The position numbers and the translations under genes were made by a program. Below, piece by piece: positions 7,287 to 15,999 of a DNA stretch of 38,812 nt. Source of the DNA: a virus. The notes beneath the pieces were generated by a model. The model was not told where the DNA came from, ran no database searches, and saw nothing but the letters and a program-made list of their open reading frames with translations. The number at the start of each line of letters is the position of its first letter. Position 1 is the first letter of the stretch. The stretch covers positions 1 through 38,812 of IMG/VR virus record IMGVR_UViG_3300019926_000031, one strand, 5' to 3'.

Positions 7287-8497
7287 ATCAGAGTCAGACG
7301 CGCTACACGCGTTCGTTCGCAACTACTGTGAGAACGAAGTAGCAGAGCTATGCAAGAAATGGCCACCAAGTGATTGAATTAGCAGCACTGCCCGAAGACA
7401 CTGGTGGGCAGACACCAGACAAAATCAAGGTTGAAGTGACAAACGACCTTGCTGGAACAGTCTCAGCAGGGGACCGTGTTGAGATATCTGGTGTGCTGAA
7501 AACTGAAACCGAAGACTTACACACAAAGCAGAACCCAGACATTCGCCGGCCTATCTACCTTGAAGGGCGTGCGATACAGAACGAACAAGAGAGTTTCGCG
7601 GAGATTGAGCCGTCCCGGATCGATGAAATCAAGGAGTTAGCAGGTGAGCCTGACATTTACCAACAACTCATAGACTCCTTTGCACCACACATTTACACAA
7701 CGGAACAAGGCGACCGTCAGAAACTCGCTATCATTCTGGCGTTGTTCGGTGGGGTACAGAAACAACTCCCAACAGGATCACAGATTCGAGGGAACATCAA
7801 CGTCTTACTTATTGGGGACGGCGGGACAGCAAAAAGCCAGTTCCTCAAGACAGCAGAAAAACTTGCACCGAAAAGCGTGCTTGCATCCGGGAAAGGAGCA
7901 ACAGCAGCAGGACTTACTGCTACGGCAGAACAGTCAAACCTCACGGGAGAATGGTCACTCAAGGCTGGCGCATTGGTCATGGCCGACCTACTGAGAGAAT
8001 ACATCGCCTATGCACGGCAAAAAGAGCCAACGTATGCGTCCGAAGATGTGAAACAGCGGCTCATAAGCTACTATGTTGACCTTCGGGAACAATCCGAAGA
8101 CGGCGATGAACCCGGACCACGACACAATGACAGCCTGCGGCGACTGGCTCAGGCAAGTGCCAGAGTGCGACTGTCCGAAGACATAGAAATGGAAGATGCA
8201 GAACGGGCCATAGATATGTTCAAGTTCACGGTCGGGCAAGTCGGACTTGACGAAGACGGGAACGTAAGCGGGAACCAACTCAATGGCGGCAAGCGAACCG
8301 ACAAATCGCAAGAAGACTGTATTGAGAATGTGCAAGAGGCAATCAGGCAGTTAGAAGGCGATAATCCGGCAAGGATAGATGAGATAAAGGACAGACTCAC
8401 AGGCATCAAGGACAAGAAGATTGAGTATGAGATACAGAAACTCAAGCAACAGGGAGAAATCTATGAGCCACGAACAGACAAATTCCGGGTGAGCTAA
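7276..8497 (+). pseudogene. mcm: MCM helicase gene with two internal deletions (33-aa N-terminal fragment 7276-7377; remainder 7370-8497)
   Basis: OB-fold remnant (GQTP..I.V...DLAG.V.AGDRV), Walker A GDGGTAKS, AAGLTA, WSLKAGALVMAD fused directly to LLREYIAYAR; Walker B, sensor 1 and Arg finger are absent. Confidence 0.85.
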
Positions 8498-8499
8498 CA

Positions 8500-8973
8500 A
8501 TGCCAACAGAAAATACTACACTCAAACGAGTGCATGAATTTACAGGTGCATGGCGTTGGCCGGAAGATGTAGAGCGGTTTATTAGAGATGAGTGCAACGG
8601 GAAATGCTTACACGTATGTTGTGGGAAGTCTGACTTAGGGGATGTGACGTTAGATGCTGATGCAGGCAATAGCCCCGATATAGCTGGAGATATGACGGAA
8701 TTGCCCTTTAGAGATTGCGAGTTTGACACTGTGATAGCTGACCCCCCGTGGAAATCTGTCGATATATTTGATAGACATGGTATGTTTTATGAGTTAGTTA
8801 GAGTCACAAAACGGCAAGGAAAAATAATCCATAACGCTACATGGGTCCCCGAAAGTGAGCAATGCGAAAAACTCGCAGAATACAGGCGGCAAGATATATC
8901 GTTCGGTGATGCAAGCATTATCAGCATCTTTGAACGGTGGAAAGATCAAACCAGCTTAGAAAAATATCAATAA
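8500..8973 (+). CDS. Minimal amino (N6A/N4C) methyltransferase
   Basis: SAM-binding LHVCCGKS, GDMTELPF and catalytic DPPW. Confidence 0.75.
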   Translation: MPTENTTLKRVHEFTGAWRWPEDVERFIRDECNGKCLHVCCGKSDLGDVTLDADAGNSPDIAGDMTELPFRDCEFDTVIADPPWKSVDIFDRHGMFYELVRVTKRQGKIIHNATWVPESEQCEKLAEYRRQDISFGDASIISIFERWKDQTSLEKYQ

Positions 8974-9605
8974 TGGTAAGCACACACCAGAGTAACACAG
9001 GCGATATGAACATCCTACACTGTTTCGCAGATGAGGGAATTGAATCGGAAGCATTAGCGGCATATGGCGATGTGACAAGAGTAGGGCTAGACCCACAAGA
9101 CACACCATACACTAGAACACTCATTCAAGCAGATGCGCGAGAAGTGAACTTCAACCAAGAGTTTGACTTGGGGCTGTTCCATCCACCATGTCAGCGTTGG
9201 GCGGTCGGATCATACACTAGCGGCGACCCAAAAGACAGACATGATAATCTCATTCCAGTGGCGCGAGAGATAGCACAAGAACACTGCAAGAACTGGATAA
9301 TCGAAAATGTCCCACAAGCACCACTCAAAGATCCAGTGTTCTTGGATGGGCGTATGTTCGGAAGCCCATTGGTCTATGAGCGGGCATTTGAGACGAACTA
9401 TCACGTACCACAACCACCACGGCAAAAGACGTTTGCTCAAGTGAGCGAGGGAATACAGACCCATCATGAAAACGGTGGATTCCAAGGATCAAAACAAGAA
9501 TGGAAGTCTCTCAAAGGGTATACTGGAGAATATAATAGCCGGAGCTTAAAGCGCGAAGCAATCCCAAGAGCATACATTAACTACCTAATCAGACCACTCC
9601 TATAA
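8973..9605 (+). CDS. Short C5-cytosine DNA methyltransferase
   Basis: Motif I-like LHCFADEG, catalytic PPCQ, IIENV; ATG at 8973 coupled to the previous stop. Confidence 0.8.
   Translation: MVSTHQSNTGDMNILHCFADEGIESEALAAYGDVTRVGLDPQDTPYTRTLIQADAREVNFNQEFDLGLFHPPCQRWAVGSYTSGDPKDRHDNLIPVAREIAQEHCKNWIIENVPQAPLKDPVFLDGRMFGSPLVYERAFETNYHVPQPPRQKTFAQVSEGIQTHHENGGFQGSKQEWKSLKGYTGEYNSRSLKREAIPRAYINYLIRPLL
8984..9003 (+). repeat. 20-bp direct repeat, copy 1 (ACACCAGAGTAACACAGGCG)
   Basis: Identical to 9616-9635; both copies lie at gene 5' ends encoding HQSNTG. Confidence 0.9.
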
Positions 9606-9823
9606 TGGTTAGTAAACACCAGAGTAACACAGGCGGGAACAGCTATGATAGTGAGGCAGGACGCTTCCTCTCTAGTGAGAACGACGTAAATCCAATCCCA
9701 GTAATCAGGGGGATACGGAAGTATGATCGAGCACTTTCGTACCACCAAGAGGCACACAAACGCGACGTGGATGCAGAAATCAAGAAAGCGATAGCGAGGA
9801 AACTGCAGGAGTTAGATGGATGA
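9605..9823 (+). CDS. Hypothetical protein (72 aa)
   Basis: Coupled at both ends. Confidence 0.7.
   Translation: MVSKHQSNTGGNSYDSEAGRFLSSENDVNPIPVIRGIRKYDRALSYHQEAHKRDVDAEIKKAIARKLQELDG
9616..9635 (+). repeat. 20-bp direct repeat, copy 2
   Basis: Identical to 8984-9003. Confidence 0.9.
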
Positions 9824-10368
9824 GAGAACTACAAGACACAGCTGATGGGGAACCACCATTCCCGATTAAGTATTATAGCGTTCAACCGAACCGATGGACG
9901 TTCAAAAGCGATAAGATACGGCAATGGGTAGAATCGCACTTGCATGGCAAGGTCTTGAATGCGTGTGCCGGGAAGACAAAACTGAATCATAACGGTGAGA
10001 TCGTTCGGAACGACTATAACCCGGAGCGGGATGCACACACGCATCATGATGTGACAGAGATATCAGAGCACTTTGAGCCAAACTCATACGATTGTATAGT
10101 CTTTGACCCTCCGTTCAGCGAGAAACAGGCCGATAGCTCGTATGATGGCGTTCAGGTGGCAGAGATAGGCCAAGCAATGCAGCAGTTTGACCAGCTCTTA
10201 CGAGCAAATGGAACAGTCATTCAGATGGGCTTCACTACAACGTGTATGCCGGGGCAGTTGGATTACAAACGCCAAGAGGTTGCTATCTTCAATACGCTCG
10301 GCAGGATGAACGACTGGCTCGGAACGGTAGATAAACGCATGAGTTCTGACCTACGTAGTTACGAGTAG
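9820..10368 (+). CDS. Minimal adenine-type DNA methyltransferase
   Basis: VLNACAGKT (motif I-like) and catalytic IVFDPPF. Confidence 0.8.
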   Translation: MRELQDTADGEPPFPIKYYSVQPNRWTFKSDKIRQWVESHLHGKVLNACAGKTKLNHNGEIVRNDYNPERDAHTHHDVTEISEHFEPNSYDCIVFDPPFSEKQADSSYDGVQVAEIGQAMQQFDQLLRANGTVIQMGFTTTCMPGQLDYKRQEVAIFNTLGRMNDWLGTVDKRMSSDLRSYE

Positions 10369-10378
10369 GCACCACAAG

Positions 10379-10410
10379 CTTTATTATACATCCGGCATAT
10401 TGTTTAGATA
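10379..10410 (+). promoter_or_regulatory. Promoter CTTTATTATAC-N12-GTTTAG(A/G)TA (also at 17217-17248 on the minus strand)
   Basis: Identical 11-bp TATA-like box and identically spaced GTTTAG in two intergenic regions. Confidence 0.65.
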
Positions 10411-10421
10411 GGTGCGAACCA

Positions 10422-10721
10422 ATGCAAGATAAGAACCTATCCGATGTGTCCGAAGGCGACTACGTTGAAGTTGAAATTGTGAACGACTGTCCGCTTGGGG
10501 GCGCAACGCAGCAAGCCGGATTCACCGTTGAAGAGACGACCATGACCGAAATCCGGGGTACCGATGAGTCATGGGGCGATGAGTGTGTTATCAGCGGGTT
10601 CGGCACTGACACGATATCATACAGTGACGCTGGAAAGTCTGGTGAAGTTGATGAAGTGCGTATCATGGAAACGACTGACGATAATGTTCCGATTCACGGA
10701 AGCGGTACGGTGGTGGCCTAA
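10422..10721 (+). CDS. Hypothetical acidic protein (99 aa)
   Basis: ORF following the promoter; GGTG SD-like motif. Confidence 0.7.
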   Translation: MQDKNLSDVSEGDYVEVEIVNDCPLGGATQQAGFTVEETTMTEIRGTDESWGDECVISGFGTDTISYSDAGKSGEVDEVRIMETTDDNVPIHGSGTVVA

Positions 10722-10725
10722 AACA

Positions 10726-11028
10726 ATGTACGGACACAAACAGCAATACCACGTTACCGAAGAGAACGACCGACTCGGCCCAAAGATGCAACAGACTATC
10801 AAACTCATGTCTCAGCGTGGGCAGATGCCGAGTAAAAACCAGCTTGCCAAGTCTGTCGGCCCCAACGGAAGCCAAGACTACGGCTATCGAATCGTCAACC
10901 GATGCATCAAGGCCGGTCTACTGACGGTTGATCCAGATAGTGACATGGCGAATCCACACGGTAGGGGCGCGGTCAAGATAACCGACAAGGGCATGAGCGT
11001 TGCGAATGACCTGTTGGCGGAGGAATAA
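10726..11028 (+). CDS. Winged-helix DNA-binding protein
   Basis: SKNQLAKSVG...GYRIVNRCIKAGLL...ITDKG pattern; likely start at 10726. Confidence 0.65.
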   Translation: MYGHKQQYHVTEENDRLGPKMQQTIKLMSQRGQMPSKNQLAKSVGPNGSQDYGYRIVNRCIKAGLLTVDPDSDMANPHGRGAVKITDKGMSVANDLLAEE

Positions 11029-11030
11029 TA

Positions 11031-11219
11031 ATGCAAGCCGAACTGCCAACCAAGACGGTCAATCCACGGACAGAGATACAGGAGTGTTGGAGAGTGCAAG
11101 CGAGTGAGAACATCAGCGATAATACCATCCGGTGTGTGGTTGACGAACTCGTGATTGAAGACACGGTTGATGCGATGATTACCGAACTGGTGGACTTTGA
11201 GGCAGTCCGACAGTTGTAG
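11031..11219 (+). CDS. Hypothetical protein (62 aa)
   Basis: Acidic ORF in the operon. Confidence 0.65.
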   Translation: MQAELPTKTVNPRTEIQECWRVQASENISDNTIRCVVDELVIEDTVDAMITELVDFEAVRQL

Positions 11220-11267
11220 CAACAGAGAACCACAAACTATAAGTGCAAAGGGGCATATTGTACTAAC

Positions 11268-11522
11268 ATGGCGCAACAGACCAACGCCGCAGTCGAGCCG
11301 GATCATCAAGAGACCCAGCGCGTCGCCGCGCTGATTGAGCGTGACTTTGCGGGCGTCACCACCGACACCAGCCGGGACACGGTCAAAGTGACGTTTGGCG
11401 ACTATCTGCCACCTGAGACGGCGCAGATAGCCCGCGAGCACGGCTATCAACTCTACGCAGTGTTCGGCTCAACTGCCGACTTCGTGGCTGAGGATTCGGC
11501 GCGGATGGACCGGCTTGACTAA
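11268..11522 (+). CDS. Hypothetical protein (84 aa)
   Basis: Leaderless-type start after a CTATAAG box. Confidence 0.7.
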   Translation: MAQQTNAAVEPDHQETQRVAALIERDFAGVTTDTSRDTVKVTFGDYLPPETAQIAREHGYQLYAVFGSTADFVAEDSARMDRLD

Positions 11523-11578
11523 GCCACCCACTGTATCCTCTCACTGGGGGCTGTCCCTGCCAGCGAATGCAGGGGTTA

Positions 11579-11806
11579 ATGGCACAGGTCACACCACAAA
11601 TCACAGCCAAAATCATGGCGTACAGAGCAATGAACTACAACCAACAGGAGATAACCGAAAAGGTGCCCGTGAGCTATTCAACGGTGAACAGGATGCTCAA
11701 TCAGATCGAAATTGAAGCAAAGAAATCGGACGAACCGCTGGAAGTGTTCGGTGAGAACATGGAAAACCTACTTGACGTTACGGTTGGGGTAACTAACAAT
11801 GAGTAA
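11579..11806 (+). CDS. HTH DNA-binding protein
   Basis: YNQQEITEKVPVSYSTVNRML HTH pattern. Confidence 0.65.
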   Translation: MAQVTPQITAKIMAYRAMNYNQQEITEKVPVSYSTVNRMLNQIEIEAKKSDEPLEVFGENMENLLDVTVGVTNNE

Positions 11807-12095
11807 GAAAGCAAAACGAAGACTAATCATGGAGGCGGTTGACTATCCAGACAAGCGCGTTAATTACCATGGCGAGGGTTTCACGTACAAACGCAGCGGT
11901 GAACTGCTGAATGAAGAACTGAGAGAGGTGCTGAAGGCCCTTGATGTTTGGTCGGATGCGTTTGAGACACGGCATAAGCGGGCGTGGCGTCGTTACATTC
12001 GAGACGCAGTAGGCTTAGAGTACGATAGTATGATGGGTTGGGAATCGTTTAGTGAACATGACCTAATGCAAATCTATCACGAGGTGCAAGAATGA
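11799..12095 (+). CDS. Hypothetical protein (98 aa)
   Basis: Overlapping operon gene. Confidence 0.7.
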   Translation: MSKKAKRRLIMEAVDYPDKRVNYHGEGFTYKRSGELLNEELREVLKALDVWSDAFETRHKRAWRRYIRDAVGLEYDSMMGWESFSEHDLMQIYHEVQE

Positions 12096-12484
12096 CGCAA
12101 AAAATCATAGTCAATCGCGGTTATGGTGGATTTAGCATTGCTGACGATGTTGTGACCCTGATGCGCGAAGAACTCAACTGTGAGGTGGCACAAGACCTCA
12201 CACTACCGGGAGAGAGTTACGACGACGGTAGTGAGCGGGACGCAAATGATTTTCGAGACTGTTGCTATCCAAGGGATGATGAGATGGCACGAGACCATGA
12301 GTGTCTTGTTGAGGCTGTTGAACGCGGGTGGACAAATGACCTATCCGTTTGTGAAGTGCCTAGTGATGTTAAGTGGGTTATTACCGAGTATGACGGAGCC
12401 GAAACCGTCCGAGAAAAACATCGGACTTTCCCAAGTGGAGACTTAGCGAAAGGCATTGCAAGGTCTTACGAGGTGCAAGACTAA
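12092..12484 (+). CDS. Conserved-looking phage hypothetical protein (130 aa)
   Basis: GAGGTG SD; IVNRGYGGFS...EYDGAETVREKH; flanked by 13-bp direct repeats. Confidence 0.7.
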   Translation: MTQKIIVNRGYGGFSIADDVVTLMREELNCEVAQDLTLPGESYDDGSERDANDFRDCCYPRDDEMARDHECLVEAVERGWTNDLSVCEVPSDVKWVITEYDGAETVREKHRTFPSGDLAKGIARSYEVQD

Positions 12485-12693
12485 TGCCATACCCACCGGG
12501 ACTATCACGGCAAGATAAGGTCAGAGCGGGAATCATCCAAGAGACGGTCCACTGTGTCGAGTGTGACGCCGAGGTAACAAGTGAAGACCATGCAGAGTGG
12601 TGCGAACTATCGGACTTGGACGTTGATGAACTCGCGGAACTGGAAGCAGAGGAAGCACAGCATATTGAATACGATCCGGTTGAACACCAATGA
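12484..12693 (+). CDS. Hypothetical Cys/His protein (69 aa)
   Basis: TAATG coupling; CxxC...H...C. Confidence 0.65.
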   Translation: MPYPPGLSRQDKVRAGIIQETVHCVECDAEVTSEDHAEWCELSDLDVDELAELEAEEAQHIEYDPVEHQ

Positions 12694-13025
12694 GTAACGG
12701 GATTACAGACTTGAGCGTGTTGCACGACAAACCGTATAGTGACATCAAAGGCGATTGGATCAAAGTTGAGCAAGAAGTAGACAATCGTGATCCGTTAAAC
12801 CCATCACAAGACGACAGAACAGACTTAGTGAGCACAGAAACGCAGGAGGGTTGGATAGCCGGCAGAGGGAACGGCACAGGTGTCTACTATGACAGCGAGC
12901 TAGGTGAGGTAATGACGCATAATATTGGACCAGCAATTTACCTCAAGACCGCACGAGATACTGTGTTAGAAGTTCGGACCGACAAGGAAAACAACAAACT
13001 ACTTGACTACAAGAACAATGACTAG
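12690..13025 (+). CDS. Hypothetical protein (111 aa)
   Basis: ATGA coupling. Confidence 0.7.
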   Translation: MSNGITDLSVLHDKPYSDIKGDWIKVEQEVDNRDPLNPSQDDRTDLVSTETQEGWIAGRGNGTGVYYDSELGEVMTHNIGPAIYLKTARDTVLEVRTDKENNKLLDYKNND

Positions 13026-13155
13026 TACACAGTCCTGTCCGTGTGGTCTGGATTACTATGGTGAGATGGTATCGGTAGAGTCTCGCTTGCGGCCACGGAA
13101 TAGAAGCGAAATCTGTGTTGACTGTCGGTTTAGTTGGGGTGTGAAAGATGACTGA
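13018..13155 (+). CDS. Small Cys-rich protein (45 aa, MTSTQSCPCG...CVDC)
   Basis: Manual translation; fills the gap with overlaps at both ends. Confidence 0.55.
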   Translation: MTSTQSCPCGLDYYGEMVSVESRLRPRNRSEICVDCRFSWGVKDD

Positions 13156-13348
13156 GGAAATCCCGACAGGAGAGAAAACGACAGTGCCAGCGAGTGAGTT
13201 GGAGGATTTAGTGGAACAGTGGGAAAAGAACGGCGCGGATGATTTTGACAACGGCACCAACTACTACCGACGGTTTACAGGCAAACAGCAACTAAAAGAC
13301 GCTGTGGAACTCCAAGCACTCATAGACAAACACGACCCAAAACAATGA
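13148..13348 (+). CDS. Hypothetical protein (66 aa; VPxxEL...ELxALI family)
   Basis: Coupled; similar to the C-terminal half of 15992..16294. Confidence 0.7.
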   Translation: MTEEIPTGEKTTVPASELEDLVEQWEKNGADDFDNGTNYYRRFTGKQQLKDAVELQALIDKHDPKQ

Positions 13349-13500
13349 CCAAGACAGCAGCATACATCTACGGCGTTGTAATCGGTTACTGGATAGGGGC
13401 AGGGTATGCACCAACCGGGATAGGAATCTACGGTGCTGGCTTCCTCTCGTTAGTGCTGATAACGATTGCGTACTACTTGGAGAAACAAGATGGCAATTGA
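13345..13500 (+). CDS. Small membrane protein (51 aa)
   Basis: Manual translation MTKTAAYIYGVVIGYWIGAG...FLSLVLITIAYYL. Confidence 0.6.
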   Translation: MTKTAAYIYGVVIGYWIGAGYAPTGIGIYGAGFLSLVLITIAYYLEKQDGN

Positions 13501-13591
13501 CTTCACGAGCGGAACGAGCTGCCCGGAGTGTGCAAACCTCTTGTGGGGAGACAATTACTGCCCGAACTGTCGGACTACATACGATGACTAA
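13490..13591 (+). CDS. CPxC Zn-finger microprotein (33 aa, ...CPECA...YCPNC...)
   Basis: Manual translation. Confidence 0.6.
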   Translation: MAIDFTSGTSCPECANLLWGDNYCPNCRTTYDD

Positions 13592-13621
13592 GTCTATAAG
13601 GATGGCCCCGTAAGTATAACT

Positions 13622-13984
13622 ATGGCAGATGCATACAAATGCGACCGGTGCGGAGAGTACAAGGACGGTAAGCCAGAGTGTCTGTTTGAGTTTCCAAATC
13701 CATTCAGGCAAGGGCTGACGGATAATGACGAACGTAAGATGTCGCTCTGTGCTGACTGTCAAGATGCTCTTACCGAGTTCATGAGCATGAGCGCAGACGA
13801 CGACAACGGCCTATTCAATGTCGAGTTTGAGTATACTGGAGAACCAATAGCAGGAACCACAAATCACGAGTTCCCATCTTTCAGTGATAGGGTGAGAACT
13901 CTTGAGATGGATATCCAGCAACCACGTCGTATGCGGCGAACAGACCTCAAGCGACAAGTTGACATGGGTGCAAAGAATTACTAA
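13622..13984 (+). CDS. Zn-binding hypothetical protein (MADAYKCDRC..., paralog of 16291..16488)
   Basis: CDRC...LCADC. Confidence 0.7.
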   Translation: MADAYKCDRCGEYKDGKPECLFEFPNPFRQGLTDNDERKMSLCADCQDALTEFMSMSADDDNGLFNVEFEYTGEPIAGTTNHEFPSFSDRVRTLEMDIQQPRRMRRTDLKRQVDMGAKNY

Positions 13985-14136
13985 TGACCGGCAATCATCG
14001 GTATATTAACAATGCAGACCAACAGCGGTGTAGATACGGCCACTTCGCTACGGTGCTGAGTGAGAGTGAGACTTTGATCCGAGTCGAGTGTACAGTCTGT
14101 AACGAGAAACACGCACTGTGGGGTTCGGAGATATAG
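13984..14136 (+). CDS. Small Cys/His protein (50 aa)
   Basis: Manual translation; TAATG coupling; CRYGH...CTVC. Confidence 0.5.
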   Translation: MTGNHRYINNADQQRCRYGHFATVLSESETLIRVECTVCNEKHALWGSEI

Positions 14137-14179
14137 CGGCAAGGGCGTTTATAATCGGTACGTTTTAGTCGGTGTAGGT

Positions 14180-14881
14180 ATGAGTATATGGCAAGCACCT
14201 TTTGGTAACACCGCTACTGGTGGTGTTGCACACTCAGTCATGGCTGTATCCAAACACAAGCAGACACAGTGCAAGCACTGCGAAGACAACTATACAACCG
14301 GCTTTGATGCACAATACTGTTCAGAACAGTGCTTCTATCGGGAAAAGGGTTCAAGCGCACAGAACATTTTGAAACACGATCACCGTCTGTGCGGAACCTG
14401 CGCAGCTATACTCAAGCAGATCGACCCACCGAGCGAGGAGTGGGAGCACAAACGCCAGAGTATGCAAGAAGTCCTGTTAGAGAACGGGGCAGAGCTCATA
14501 CAAGGCGACTCCAGGATAGAGATAGACGCAACAGAGGCAACCGGCCATAGACCAATCACGGATGCAGTCATCGGGTTTCAGGATAGCACCCCAGAAGCGA
14601 CGGACGTACTAAGAGATAGCCACACAGACAAGTATTCTATTGAGCAAATCACACGCACTGGATTAGGGTGTGAGTGTGGCAATGCAGATACAACGCATAC
14701 TTCGGATATACTCCAACAAGCTGACCTTGTTCGTGTTTTATCTAACTATGTTCAAACGTTTCGGTTACTCTACCACGAAGGGCAGTTAGACCAGATGATA
14801 GACAAGGACATCTTTTTCACAGAATACAAGCGTTCACAGGACATTACATACGCACTGGGGAAAGCACTACACAGTAAGTAA
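14180..14881 (+). CDS. Multi-Zn-finger hypothetical protein (233 aa)
   Basis: CKHC..YCSEQC, HRLCGTC, CECG; preceded by a TTTATAA box at about 14148. Confidence 0.7.
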   Translation: MSIWQAPFGNTATGGVAHSVMAVSKHKQTQCKHCEDNYTTGFDAQYCSEQCFYREKGSSAQNILKHDHRLCGTCAAILKQIDPPSEEWEHKRQSMQEVLLENGAELIQGDSRIEIDATEATGHRPITDAVIGFQDSTPEATDVLRDSHTDKYSIEQITRTGLGCECGNADTTHTSDILQQADLVRVLSNYVQTFRLLYHEGQLDQMIDKDIFFTEYKRSQDITYALGKALHSK

Positions 14882-14883
14882 TC

Positions 14884-15141
14884 ATGGTACTACAATCAGA
14901 CGTAACGGTCGACATAGACACAGAGACGATAAATAATGCAGTGCGAGAGAAATTCACGGAAGCATCTGGTCCACCGGATACAACGCAAGTAAAAGCACCT
15001 ATCTCGCCGTTTGATGAGTGCTTCCAGTCTGTTAACGATGTCCTGAAAGACACAGATGCAATCCCGGATGATGCGCTTATCCAACGCATTGTTGTTGATG
15101 CACCCGGTGAGTATGTTCGTGTCTGGTACGATACGGAGTGA
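14884..15141 (+). CDS. Hypothetical protein (85 aa)
   Basis: Acidic ORF. Confidence 0.65.
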   Translation: MVLQSDVTVDIDTETINNAVREKFTEASGPPDTTQVKAPISPFDECFQSVNDVLKDTDAIPDDALIQRIVVDAPGEYVRVWYDTE

Positions 15142-15148
15142 CTAAGAC

Positions 15149-15253
15149 ATGTGTGATGGATACTTCACGCCACAGCGTTGTGATATACACGGCGTTTATC
15201 GAACATTAGTATGTCAACAGTGTGTTTTAGAAACGGACGAGAGCGGCGACTGA
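15149..15253 (+). CDS. Possible Cys/His microprotein (34 aa, MCDG...CDIHG...CQQC)
   Basis: Manual translation of the gap before TerS. Confidence 0.4.
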   Translation: MCDGYFTPQRCDIHGVYRTLVCQQCVLETDESGD

Positions 15254-15277
15254 AGCGGTTTATTTGAAACGATAGCC

Positions 15278-15874
15278 ATGAGTAGTACCAACGGAGTGAA
15301 AGCGGATGAGCGGCCAGAGAGCGCCGTCTGTAACGTCGAAGACTGTTCGGCGTGGAAGACAGGCGACTTAAACTTCTGCCATCATCACAAAGGCATGGCA
15401 AAAGGCGGTGGGACAGAGAACAATGGGAACGCCGTGAAGCACAATCTTGACGCTGATAGGTCAAAGCTCTGGGAACGGATGCCTGACACCCGGCAAGAAG
15501 TCTTTGAAGGCATTGTTGAGAGCCTTCGAGAGCGATACGAGGAATATCACGGCAGAGAGCCGGTTGGCGATGAGATTGAAGATTTCCGGGAGATAGCATG
15601 GTCAGTGATTGAGAAACGGTATGCTCGTGACTACATGGCGGAATGCATGGACGAAACAGGTAATCCGCTCATGGAACGCGTTACCCGGACGGTCGACGGC
15701 GAGAAAGTCACGTTTGAGCAACCGAACGGGCTACTCGGACGAATCTCGGAGAATCGCCGTGAGGATCGCCTACTCAAGAAACACACTGGGCTGTATAAAG
15801 ACCCAGAGAGCCAGCAGGCAGATGCGTCAAAAGAACAGGCAGAGTTAGTTCGGAAGGCGCTGCAAGAGGATTAG
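15278..15874 (+). CDS. terS: Terminase small subunit (putative)
   Basis: CHHHKG...GNAVKHN motif typical of HGG/GNxNAxKHG-type small terminases; upstream of TerL. Confidence 0.65.
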   Translation: MSSTNGVKADERPESAVCNVEDCSAWKTGDLNFCHHHKGMAKGGGTENNGNAVKHNLDADRSKLWERMPDTRQEVFEGIVESLRERYEEYHGREPVGDEIEDFREIAWSVIEKRYARDYMAECMDETGNPLMERVTRTVDGEKVTFEQPNGLLGRISENRREDRLLKKHTGLYKDPESQQADASKEQAELVRKALQED

Positions 15875-15999
15875 TCGGGTTGGAGCCGTTGATTACAACC
15901 GGGGCACATGATTTCAGTCTCTGGGTCGGTAGACCATCCAGTGATGCCAAGGCCACAGGTTTCACACGTCCAGTCGAGTTGGGTTTTATCGTCACTCAT
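15871..15999 (-). CDS. Zn-finger microprotein (42 aa, ...CETCG...MCPGC...)
   Basis: Manual translation; its stop overlaps the TerS stop. Confidence 0.6.
   Translation of the reverse strand: MSDDKTQLDWTCETCGLGITGWSTDPETEIMCPGCNQRLQPD

Noticed and set aside
11555-11574. Small hairpin CCCTGC/GCAGGG before the HTH gene
   Set aside because: Only 6 bp with no further support; could be chance or a weak terminator
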